Below, one piece after another: positions 1 to 8,325 of a stretch of 42,072 bases of DNA. Source of the stretch: a virus. Lineage: Duplodnaviria; Heunggongvirae; Uroviricota; Caudoviricetes. Position 1 is the first letter of the stretch. The number at the start of each line of letters is the position of its first letter. Where the stretch lies: IMG/VR virus record IMGVR_UViG_3300022555_000023, positions 72,095-114,166 of that record; one strand, written 5' to 3'. Below the pieces are notes generated by a model that did no database searches, was not told the DNA's origin, and worked only from the letters and a program-made list of their open reading frames with translations. Position numbers and translations under genes: made by a program.

Positions 1-395
1 CAATAGCCTGCGGCGTACAGATCGCCGAGAGACTTGAGCATGTAGCCTCGTTCTTTCCATGCATCACGTTCGGCCTCAGCCATCGCGGCGTCACGTTCAG
101 CTCGAATATACTCGTGATGTGCATCGATTCGTTCGGAGTCTGTCGTGAGACGAGCATCGATCTGAGCCTCCGTAACACGTCCACCCTCGGCGGTCAGTTC
201 CTCGCGGATAGCAAGGGCACGTTCGGCTGCGACCACCTTCATTCTGTCCTTCGCAAAATCACGCACCGAGGCGAGCCTCGCAGCTTCCTGGCCGGCATTC
301 AGTGATTTCTCCGGCTGCTCGCAGACCTCGCGATCCAGGGCGTGCTTGTCGATGCGAAGGTTGCTTCGCGTTGTCGTTCGTTCGTTGGTTGGCAT
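1..395 (-). CDS. Helical protein, possibly UvsY-like recombination mediator (3' end runs off the window)
   Basis: Not in the ORF track because it is truncated. I translated it from ATG 395 (SD GAGGAG): MPTNERTTTRSNLRIDKHALDREVCEQP...VTEAQIDARL...EAERDAWKERGYMLKSLGDLYAAGY. The UvsY resemblance is from memory. Confidence 0.55.
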   Translation of the reverse strand, partial: MPTNERTTTRSNLRIDKHALDREVCEQPEKSLNAGQEAARLASVRDFAKDRMKVVAAERALAIREELTAEGGRVTEAQIDARLTTDSERIDAHHEYIRAERDAAMAEAERDAWKERGYMLKSLGDLYAAGY

Positions 396-416
396 AACCG
401 TTCTCCTCTGCCTACA

Positions 417-1316
417 CTAGACACGTTGAATTTTTCTTCGGGGTCGATAAACCAAAATCACCTCTACCTTATCATTGTTGCCCTGCGTGCGACTCGTTTG
501 CTGATTCCAATTCCACAACCCACGAGGGTACAACTCATCCACTAATGAACACGTGTTGATTCGTACCACCACGCGTGCGTTCTGGAACCGCGTCAGGATT
601 TGGGCCAGCCGCGTATGATGTTCTCGCGTGAACTTGTGCCTATACACATCACCATCTTCGGGCCACGGCGGGTCGCAGTAGATGGCGTGCTCGGGATCAT
701 CCTCGCAGGTCTCTAGAAACTCGAAGCAGTCCATACACGTGAAGTTACATCGCTGGATGACCTTCCGCCACGCAGCCAGGCTCTCGACGGCGGAGCGATA
801 CCGCGTATTAGAATCACCACCGTTCGCGTTCCACCGCACCGACAGGTTGCCCGTGAACTCCCTGTCGCCGCCAGCATTCCCACTGCGGCCCATCCAACAG
901 GCGATGAAGTACTGCCTCGCAGCCTCGTAGTTCAGCGCGCGGGCACCCATAGGAATCAACTGATCATTGTCCGTGTCAGCCGAGGTAGCCTGAGCGTGTG
1001 CCAGCGTCTCCGGATGGAACAGTTCGTCCCGCAGACTTTCGATCATGGCCGGTCCCAGCGTCGCGTCCTTCAGCACCTGGGCGAGGTTGATCATGTGCCG
1101 GTGCATATCATTGCAGACGATGGATCGGGCCTGGATGTACAGCACCTCCGACAATCCGCCGCAGAACGGTATACCCACCCACTTGAAGCCGGTCAGATGC
1201 TCACCGATGCGTTCGGCAACCGTTCTCGCGGATCCGAACCAAGGCACGACGGTCTTAATCTTTGGAAGGCTCACGCTGGGTCTGCCGTTGGTTAATAGTG
1301 ATATTCGGTGCGGCAA
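417..1316 (-). CDS. D12-class (Dam-like) N6-adenine DNA methyltransferase
   Basis: N-terminal VPWFGS and PFCGGLS (motif X/I) and catalytic YCDPPW (DPPY-type motif IV). Exact start uncertain. Confidence 0.85.
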   Translation of the reverse strand: MPHRISLLTNGRPSVSLPKIKTVVPWFGSARTVAERIGEHLTGFKWVGIPFCGGLSEVLYIQARSIVCNDMHRHMINLAQVLKDATLGPAMIESLRDELFHPETLAHAQATSADTDNDQLIPMGARALNYEAARQYFIACWMGRSGNAGGDREFTGNLSVRWNANGGDSNTRYRSAVESLAAWRKVIQRCNFTCMDCFEFLETCEDDPEHAIYCDPPWPEDGDVYRHKFTREHHTRLAQILTRFQNARVVVRINTCSLVDELYPRGLWNWNQQTSRTQGNNDKVEVILVYRPRRKIQRV

Positions 1317-1698
1317 TCTTCATGGCATCAATGCGTCGGGACAACGGTGATGTTGGCTGACCGTCATCCCCGTAATTCACATCGCACTTCAACCCAGCAC
1401 GAGCCAGAGCCTGAGCGATCACCTCAACGACAGTCGACTTCCCCGACATCGCGGGGCCAGTCACGGTAATGTATAAGTGCTTCGGCACAGGTTTCTCCTT
1501 GGGAGGTTCGGGCTTCACGCACCACATACGCACAGCGTCCAGCATGATGCTATCGGTCACCATGTTCGTGTTCCGGCTACCAGCCTTCAAACCACGTGCC
1601 GCCCGGTACAAGGCGTTTGGTGTAATCTCATCCGGGCGTTTGTCCCGGCAGAACGCCCGCACGCGAGTCCATTCGATAGCAGTAAGGCTGTTGATCAT
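1255..1698 (-). CDS. Small protein with a Walker A (P-loop) motif
   Basis: Start reassigned to ATG 1698 (ATGA overlap with the upstream stop). Contains ITVTGPAMSGKSTVVEVI. Confidence 0.6.
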   Translation of the reverse strand: MINSLTAIEWTRVRAFCRDKRPDEITPNALYRAARGLKAGSRNTNMVTDSIMLDAVRMWCVKPEPPKEKPVPKHLYITVTGPAMSGKSTVVEVIAQALARAGLKCDVNYGDDGQPTSPLSRRIDAMKIAAPNITINQRQTQREPSKD

Positions 1699-2717
1699 TT
1701 CAGCAGTACGCGGGCCAGCATGACGTACAGTTCGGCATGTTTGTTGGCAGAGTAAAGCGGCCCCGGCAGGAAGCAGTCCATCACCTCGATGGCCGCACCA
1801 GCCGCGGCTGGGTTCTTGGCGTTGCGGACGATGGACGCGAAGTACTGCACGATCTGGATGCGGATGCCCTCGGGGTCGAGGTTGCTCAGGCCGCCTAGCA
1901 CCTTCATGGCCTTCTCCCAGGAGATTCCGCCCTTGCTCATGGCAAGGCATAGCTCTCGCAGGTCGGGGTTCTCATACGCACCCTGCAACAGCACCGCTGC
2001 CTCGCGGCGATCCTCGGCAGTTCGACACTTGTCGAGATTCGTTAAGGCCATACGCGGACTGCCGTCCGACTCGTGGGCAATAAGATCAAGGATATCGTCG
2101 TCGAGGTTCAGCTTCTGCTCTTCGTTCACGATTTGCAGCAGGACGAACAGGGTCTTGGCATCCAGCGGTTCGAGATTGTAGCTCGCTCCGCGGGTCATGA
2201 TGGTGGCCGGCACCTTGCCACTGACCGTGGTGCAGAAGATCCAGTACCCGTAGGGTGGCGGCTCCTCGGCTGACTTCAGCAGGCACTGCCAGGCCTGCCC
2301 CGACAAAGCATGTGCCTCGTCCACGCAGATCAGCTTCTTGCCGCCGGCGATCATGGGCTTGTACCGCATCCACTCGACCAGTTCGCGGGCCTTCTCGGCA
2401 CTGCTGTAGACCGGGCCGTCGACCTCCTTGTAGTCCATGAGCAGGTCGTTGCCGCCGCACACATAATTCCTGATAGCGCGGGAGAACGTGGTCTTGCCCA
2501 GGCCGCTCGGCCCGGTGAACACGAAGCATCGTTTGCTTCGTGAATCCAGAACTGCCTTGACGCTGGTACTGATAGACTCGTGGCCGAGGATATCATCGAA
2601 CGTGCCGGGACGGTAGATGTTACAAAAGTCCGCTTCGGGCGATGGTGCAGGCTTCTCAGCCTTGGCCGGTATCAACGATTCCTGCGTGTTGCGTGTCAGT
2701 TTGCGGCGTTCCGCCAT
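1695..2717 (-). CDS. dnaX: DNA polymerase III gamma/tau-like clamp loader (AAA+)
   Basis: YRPGTFDDILGH, GPSGLGKTT, DEAHALS..AWQCLLKSAEEPP. SD AAGGAG precedes ATG 2717. Confidence 0.85.
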   Translation of the reverse strand: MAERRKLTRNTQESLIPAKAEKPAPSPEADFCNIYRPGTFDDILGHESISTSVKAVLDSRSKRCFVFTGPSGLGKTTFSRAIRNYVCGGNDLLMDYKEVDGPVYSSAEKARELVEWMRYKPMIAGGKKLICVDEAHALSGQAWQCLLKSAEEPPPYGYWIFCTTVSGKVPATIMTRGASYNLEPLDAKTLFVLLQIVNEEQKLNLDDDILDLIAHESDGSPRMALTNLDKCRTAEDRREAAVLLQGAYENPDLRELCLAMSKGGISWEKAMKVLGGLSNLDPEGIRIQIVQYFASIVRNAKNPAAAGAAIEVMDCFLPGPLYSANKHAELYVMLARVLLK

Positions 2718-2916
2718 TGGGTATCTCCTTAAGTTCAGCGACAACGGTTACATGCCGCAATTGCCCGTATTGGTCTCTGCTGTATACGTGGACGACATCG
2801 GCCACGAGGTAGTTTCTTTTATCACCGTCTATCTGGACACCTTCACCGATCCGCGGCGGGGAGTCCTGATTCACGCTGTCGGTACGGTCATCGGAATATC
2901 CTAAGATAACTTTCAT
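2656..2916 (-). CDS. Hypothetical protein
   Basis: 86-aa ORF with ATGA coupling to the upstream ORF; overlaps the dnaX start. Confidence 0.5.
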   Translation of the reverse strand: MKVILGYSDDRTDSVNQDSPPRIGEGVQIDGDKRNYLVADVVHVYSRDQYGQLRHVTVVAELKEIPNGGTPQTDTQHAGIVDTGQG

Positions 2917-3248
2917 TTGAACTTTGCCTCCATGATCTTCCAGTCAGCCAGGACTACGGTTGATCTCCGGCGGCTCTCCTCCACATGACTGGCTGCACGC
3001 ATAAACTCAAGCTGATTGGCAAGGCGGCGGGCCTGGTCGCGTTCGGCCTTCACAGCGTTGTAATCGCTGCGTGCCTGTTTGCACGTGTGCTCGATAGACC
3101 GTACACGATCCGACCAGTACGGCGGCGGATCGTTCGGGCCTAGCTCGTTCAGCATCTCCGATACTTTCGACCGCTGCGACACGGTCATCGGAACCTCGCA
3201 CAGGAAGTCGACCAAATCGCGGAATCTATTTGTGGCGTCAATCATCAT
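2913..3248 (-). CDS. Hypothetical protein (coiled-coil C-terminus)
   Basis: 111-aa ORF coupled by ATGA overlaps on both sides. Confidence 0.6.
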   Translation of the reverse strand: MMIDATNRFRDLVDFLCEVPMTVSQRSKVSEMLNELGPNDPPPYWSDRVRSIEHTCKQARSDYNAVKAERDQARRLANQLEFMRAASHVEESRRRSTVVLADWKIMEAKFK

Positions 3249-3946
3249 AACTCCTCGTCAATCATTCCCATGCTGAGTGCCTGCCTGTGCCAGTACGCGT
3301 TGAATGCTTCACCCTCGGCGTCAACCTCACCGATGGCCTCGGCCATCAGGTCGACACCGCTGGCCTCCAAGGCATCCCGCAGTCGTATCAGCTTATCCGC
3401 CGTGGGATCCTTGGAACAGAACAGGTCGGTGGCAGCCTCGGCGATCTTGTACAGGTGATACTTACGAATGACCTTGCCCTTGCGGGCACGTTCAGATTCG
3501 GGCAGGTTGTATTCGCCGCGGGGCAACTTACCGGGGTGCAGGAGAAGATCGCGGGGCAGGCCCAGGCGTAGCCTGTGGTTCGCTGCACTGCGGCTAATGC
3601 CGGTCTCGGCCATGATATCGCTGGCCGTCAGGGCGGGCGGCTCGGGATCGCTGATGGGGATACCGGGGTATCGCTTCTCCCACTCGGCCTCGATTTCCCG
3701 CTGTCGCTGCTGAACCGTGTCGTGATCTTCGCAGTTGCCGTTATGCCGCAGTTGCTGGTCGTTGTCTTCCCACGCCTGAATAAGGTCGGCGTCGGCCAAA
3801 TCCACCAGGGCCGGTTCGGCGTCGAGCAAGTCCACGAGGCTGCCCTTGCGTAGCTCACGCCTCATGGAACGGGGACGGTAGGTCGTGCTACACGCACGTG
3901 AATCGTACCTCGGTGGCCGAATTGGGCGGGTTCGCTGATAGTTCAT
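3245..3946 (-). CDS. Hypothetical protein with a possible HTH
   Basis: LTASDIMAETGISRSAANHRLRLG resembles an HTH. SD GGGAG precedes ATG 3946. Confidence 0.6.
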   Translation of the reverse strand: MNYQRTRPIRPPRYDSRACSTTYRPRSMRRELRKGSLVDLLDAEPALVDLADADLIQAWEDNDQQLRHNGNCEDHDTVQQRQREIEAEWEKRYPGIPISDPEPPALTASDIMAETGISRSAANHRLRLGLPRDLLLHPGKLPRGEYNLPESERARKGKVIRKYHLYKIAEAATDLFCSKDPTADKLIRLRDALEASGVDLMAEAIGEVDAEGEAFNAYWHRQALSMGMIDEEL

Positions 3947-3993
3947 GGTTGTTACTCCCATGCCTATCTAGACACGGCTACGGAATATCATGT

Positions 3994-6633
3994 TCAGGCT
4001 TCGTCGCTATACCACGTCCCGATAGCCTTCTGATTCGACCAGTTGGAACCGATAGAAACCTCCACGCCCAGCGGGCATGCCTTGATGTCCCAGTTCTCGT
4101 AACCGGGGTGCAACATGGTTTCAACCATTTCGGCCATCACGTCGTCGGCGGCCTCCTTCTTGGCGAAGGTCGTCAGGTCGTCGTGAATATTCATATTCAT
4201 CACCAGGGCCATGTTATTGTCCCGCAGGCCCTTCTGAGCCAGCCGATTGCCGGCGTCCACCACAAGGTCGCTGGCACTGCCCTGAATAGGCGTATTAGCG
4301 ATCTGGTTGATCGACAGCGGCCCGCGGCGGCGACGCCCGTTCATGCAGGTGACATAGCCGTTCTTCTCGTAGTCCGACATCAGCTTGTTCTGCCATGCCT
4401 TGACATCACGATACTCAATCCAGAATTCCTTTTCGATGTCCTCGCAGGTTCTCTCCACCTTCTTGCGGACGCTTTCGGCCCTGTCGCGGTCGAACTGTGA
4501 CATGCTGGCCAGAACGTTGCGGGAGGCAGTCGTATGGATGGCACCGTACAGAAACGGGAAGGTGATCAGGCTCTTGATCGCCGAGCGTGCCTTCTTGATA
4601 TCACCGTGACCGACCAGTTCCAAATACAACGGCACGCCCTCGCTGAGCATGATCGCGTACTTCATGTGAATGTCGGCCCGTTCGCGGACAGCCTTCAGCA
4701 ACCGCTTGTCGCCCGACATTTGGGCCGCCACGCAGACTTCCAGTTGCTTCATATCGGCGGATACAATGAGCCAGCCTTCAGGGGCCGATACCATCTTCCG
4801 CACCTCGGCGTGTTCACGCTTGGGAAAGTTCTGCATATTCGGGCCGTCAGACGACAGCCGCCCGGTATCGGTGAACGTCCCATTGAAGTTGGCATGCAGA
4901 TTGCCGTCCTCGTAAACCAAGCTACCCGCACCGGCACGCATGGGCAGAAGATAAGTATCGCGTATCTTCGTCCACTCGCGGAACTCGCTGATACTGTGGG
5001 CCAGTGGCGAATCAATAGTGCTGAATACGCTGCTATCGGTCGTGAAAACTTCCTCGCCGTTGGCGTCCTTGCGGTACAGGGCTTCGATGTGCCCGAACAC
5101 CTTCTCCAGGCATTCGCGGCTGCCCTTACCGTTGATGATGAACGGCGTGCCCCATGTATTGCGATACTGATGAGCCTCGGGCGTATCAAGGGCGGATTGC
5201 GTTACCAACCTGATCTTGGTGTTAGTGTCTGTCAGCAGTTCCTCGACCACCGGCTGGCTGACGGGAACGCCCTTGTGCTGCATCAAGACGAGGAACGGTA
5301 CGCGACGAACATGATCGAGATACGTGTTCAGCATACCCGTCGCTTTCAGTGCCCGGTTCTGCTCTTCGTACAGAAGCCTATGGCACTTAGCATCAAGGGC
5401 GTTGTACCGCAGGAGCTTCCCGATCTCGGCCACCTCACCACGCTTGGCATCGACGTCGCTGTACTTCTTCAGCCGCGTGCCCAAGCGTTCCAGGCACAGG
5501 CTATCGAGGCTTTGCATCCTGTCCTCTTTGCGTTCGTCGAGGGTGTACGCTTGGTTCTGCGTGCAACCCCACGTATTCCACAGATCATCCTTCAGGATTT
5601 GCACGCCGTAGAACCGCAGCAGCCACTCCATATCGAAGCTGGCGTTGTGGACAACCTTCATCATCTTGGTTAGCAGGAATCCTCGGATGGCACTCGTCAG
5701 TACGATCTCGTCCTCTGCCGACCACCACGCATCACTGTGGCCTATCGGGAATGCAAACGCCGTCTTGGGCGTGCTGATGGCCATGCTCAGAATTCGGGAT
5801 CCGCTGGCGTAGGGACGCACGCGGTTGGTTTCCAGGTCGAGGCCGCAGATCTTCGCCTTCGCGGCGTCCTCTAGCATCTTCACCACCCACTTGACGCCGA
5901 GCTTGGGCGTCGCCAGTTCCACGCCATCCTCCAGAGCATCGATGTTCCAGGGCAGGTCACCCAGGTCGATACCCTTCTTGGTCTCGGCGAAACACCGCTT
6001 GATATCGTGCTTGAACATGACGGCATGCTGGCGAGCCTCGCGGTCGGGTCCACCCTTGTCACCGCCCTGCCGTATGATAAAGGACGGATGCATCACCGGA
6101 TACATCCAGCACCGATGACTCCCTACCTGCACGGGCAGGCGACGCCCACGCCACGTTGTGATTCGTGGCTCACCGCCGATGAACCAACTCAGGGCAGTTG
6201 CTCCGCAGGCAAGGATTGCCGCAGGCTTGGTGCGTTCGATATCAGCCACGAGGTGCTGTCGGCATGACTCCACCTCGGACATCGTCGGCACACGGTTGTT
6301 CTCGGGCCGTGCTCGCACCGGGTTGTTGAATCTACAGATACTGATATCGGGCAGATGGCGGCGTAGCTCTTGGCCCGCCTTGCCAACAAACGGTTCACCC
6401 GCTTCAGCCTCATCTTTGCCTGGGGCTTCGCCCAGAACGTAGATGAGGGGCCGCGACGTTCCCGATGGCTTCACCTGGGAATCCTCGATTCCACCGCAGG
6501 TATCGACCAGCGGGCATGCGTCGCAGCCCCTCTCGTTATAGTACGCCTCGTCGCGGCCAGTCGTCCGCGGCTTGACCCTCCCCGTTGTCGGGGCCTTCAG
6601 GTCTATTCTGGTGAAAAACTTACCGTCGCCCAT
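3994..6633 (-). CDS. polA: Family A DNA polymerase with N-terminal family-4 uracil-DNA glycosylase domain and 3'-5' exonuclease (SPO1 gp31-like architecture)
   Basis: UDG: CDACPL, GEAPG..E...GEPFVGKAG, HPSF. Exonuclease: DLETN, HNASFD, YNALDA. Polymerase: TGRLSS..PNMQNFP, ADMKQLE, KSLITFPFLYG, NTPIQG, IHDD. SD AGGAGG. Confidence 0.93.
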   Translation of the reverse strand: MGDGKFFTRIDLKAPTTGRVKPRTTGRDEAYYNERGCDACPLVDTCGGIEDSQVKPSGTSRPLIYVLGEAPGKDEAEAGEPFVGKAGQELRRHLPDISICRFNNPVRARPENNRVPTMSEVESCRQHLVADIERTKPAAILACGATALSWFIGGEPRITTWRGRRLPVQVGSHRCWMYPVMHPSFIIRQGGDKGGPDREARQHAVMFKHDIKRCFAETKKGIDLGDLPWNIDALEDGVELATPKLGVKWVVKMLEDAAKAKICGLDLETNRVRPYASGSRILSMAISTPKTAFAFPIGHSDAWWSAEDEIVLTSAIRGFLLTKMMKVVHNASFDMEWLLRFYGVQILKDDLWNTWGCTQNQAYTLDERKEDRMQSLDSLCLERLGTRLKKYSDVDAKRGEVAEIGKLLRYNALDAKCHRLLYEEQNRALKATGMLNTYLDHVRRVPFLVLMQHKGVPVSQPVVEELLTDTNTKIRLVTQSALDTPEAHQYRNTWGTPFIINGKGSRECLEKVFGHIEALYRKDANGEEVFTTDSSVFSTIDSPLAHSISEFREWTKIRDTYLLPMRAGAGSLVYEDGNLHANFNGTFTDTGRLSSDGPNMQNFPKREHAEVRKMVSAPEGWLIVSADMKQLEVCVAAQMSGDKRLLKAVRERADIHMKYAIMLSEGVPLYLELVGHGDIKKARSAIKSLITFPFLYGAIHTTASRNVLASMSQFDRDRAESVRKKVERTCEDIEKEFWIEYRDVKAWQNKLMSDYEKNGYVTCMNGRRRRGPLSINQIANTPIQGSASDLVVDAGNRLAQKGLRDNNMALVMNMNIHDDLTTFAKKEAADDVMAEMVETMLHPGYENWDIKACPLGVEVSIGSNWSNQKAIGTWYSDEA

Positions 6634-6696
6634 TGTTACTTTCCTCCTGTAGTCTCCACCAGACACGGCAAGCCCGCAGGCTTGCCACTGAACGCG

Positions 6697-7140
6697 TCAC
6701 GTTGCCTCGCCGGCGGGCTTCTCTGCGGCGGGCGGCTGTTCTTGCGAGCAATCGCAGCCCGCCGCACACGCGGCTTCCTGCGGTCCGGTCTGGCCGGTAG
6801 CCTCAACGGACGTTGGGTCTTTGGCTCGCTTGCGGCGGTCGGCCTCGGCCATCGCCTTCTCCAGCATAGCCTGTTTCTCACGCTGGCTCTTGCCCAGGCG
6901 TTCAAACGCTGCCGTCACGGTCTGGTGGGCCTGCTCAGCCAGGCCGGTCGCGACGTCGTTCGACCAAGACCTGTGGGCCTTGATGCGTTCGCTGAAACCT
7001 AACTGAATGCAGGCAAAGTACAGGCTCACGAACTGGTCGTTCATGATCCGCTCCGCCTGCTGCTGAAGGCTCTGGTTGAGCATCTCCTTCACTTCGTCGG
7101 CGGAATACACTGTTCGCTCTTCGCCCAAAATGGGAATCAT
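6697..7140 (-). CDS. Hypothetical protein
   Basis: 147-aa ORF with ATGA coupling to the clamp gene. Confidence 0.6.
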   Translation of the reverse strand: MIPILGEERTVYSADEVKEMLNQSLQQQAERIMNDQFVSLYFACIQLGFSERIKAHRSWSNDVATGLAEQAHQTVTAAFERLGKSQREKQAMLEKAMAEADRRKRAKDPTSVEATGQTGPQEAACAAGCDCSQEQPPAAEKPAGEAT

Positions 7141-8210
7141 GATTGCGTTTCTTCCTCTTGTGGTGCTGGGGTTGCCGTGGCATCCGTCACGGTGGCCTGA
7201 ACGTACATGAAACCATCACCGCTGCGTAGGCCGACGCAGTTCGCGCTGATGGCTATCTCGTTGGACACCGACGCCGCCTTCCGCAACACAGCGGCTTTCA
7301 CCTTAATGGGTCCGCCCTCACCAGGGAAGTCCAATTCGTCGTCGACGGTGCCAAAGTCCTCGTCGGTATGCAGACGCATCTTGCCGTTGGCTACGGTGAT
7401 CTCCGTGATCGTATCGCGGCCACCGGCTGCCTCCACGCGATCCAGAGTCGGTGCGAGCCCTGCGGGCACGGCCACCCACTCCAGACCATCGATAATGGCG
7501 GCGATGATCTCGTCGTATCGTTCGGGCTTGGCCTCGGACGGGAAGCTGCCGTACAGGTGTGCTGCACTATCACCTTCGCCGAACACGGCGTGCAGATACT
7601 CGTCGGCAAACTGAATCGCCGAGCATGGTTGGCTGCCGACCACCCGCTGCACCGCCCACATGAACCGGGACGGTATGATCAGGGCACTGCCGACCAGAAC
7701 GTCGTCGCTGGCTCCCGGCACAATGCTGCGGGTGATACCCATGCCAATTGTGCTGTAGAAGACCATCGCGTTCTCGACCGCGCTCATGGTGATGCCCGCG
7801 AGGTCAGGTCGCTGTGGGTCATCGCTCATCGACCACGAAGCTCGCTCCAGTGCCTCGGTCCACGCCCGTCGCCAGTCGACGGTCACGCCCGCGAGTTCGG
7901 GCATCTCCTTGGAAGTGATCTCCAGCTTCCGCATCGTGACGTTGGTGCGTCCGCAGGTGATGCGAACGGAATCGCCGACGTTCGTGAACTCCACATCGGT
8001 GCCGTTGCACTTCGACAGGAGGGACGTCAGCTTGTCGCCCGGCAGGGCCGTCTCGATGCCGATGTCCATGTTGGCCCATAGGCCGAACACGCCGTTGTGG
8101 GTTGATACCCGCCCATCTCGGAACACGAACTGCCCCGTGTCATCGTTGGCGTCTCCGCTCAACCCCAGGCCGACCATCTTCAATCGAGCCACTGCATCCA
8201 CTAACCGCAT
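7137..8210 (-). CDS. dnaN: DNA polymerase III beta-like sliding clamp
   Basis: 357 aa (beta-clamp size), beta-rich repeated domains, ASWSMSDDPQRPDLAGI resembling the clamp 'S.D.sRp.L.Gv' segment. SD AAGGAG. Confidence 0.7.
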   Translation of the reverse strand: MRLVDAVARLKMVGLGLSGDANDDTGQFVFRDGRVSTHNGVFGLWANMDIGIETALPGDKLTSLLSKCNGTDVEFTNVGDSVRITCGRTNVTMRKLEITSKEMPELAGVTVDWRRAWTEALERASWSMSDDPQRPDLAGITMSAVENAMVFYSTIGMGITRSIVPGASDDVLVGSALIIPSRFMWAVQRVVGSQPCSAIQFADEYLHAVFGEGDSAAHLYGSFPSEAKPERYDEIIAAIIDGLEWVAVPAGLAPTLDRVEAAGGRDTITEITVANGKMRLHTDEDFGTVDDELDFPGEGGPIKVKAAVLRKAASVSNEIAISANCVGLRSGDGFMYVQATVTDATATPAPQEEETQS

Positions 8211-8242
8211 GATCTATCTCCTTGATTGTTATTGATTCTAAA

Positions 8243-8318
8243 GAACGGGCCAGCAGGGACTTTCACCCCGCACCTCCAGCTTTTGACCGGCGACTTGCTG
8301 TTTGCCCACAGCCCGTCC
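8243..8318 (-). ncRNA. Candidate tRNA-like cloverleaf RNA (non-canonical)
   Basis: 76-nt intergenic segment with a 10-bp closing stem and three internal hairpins, paired by eye (see findings). Confidence 0.4.
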
Positions 8319-8325
8319 GGAGAAG

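Noticed and set aside
4534-5673. 379-aa plus-strand ORF, and many similar antisense ORFs (e.g. 7368-8081, 12305-13282, 16726-17505, 28461-29231)
   Set aside because: Shadow frames opposite well-supported genes in GC-rich DNA, with no motifs or SD support.
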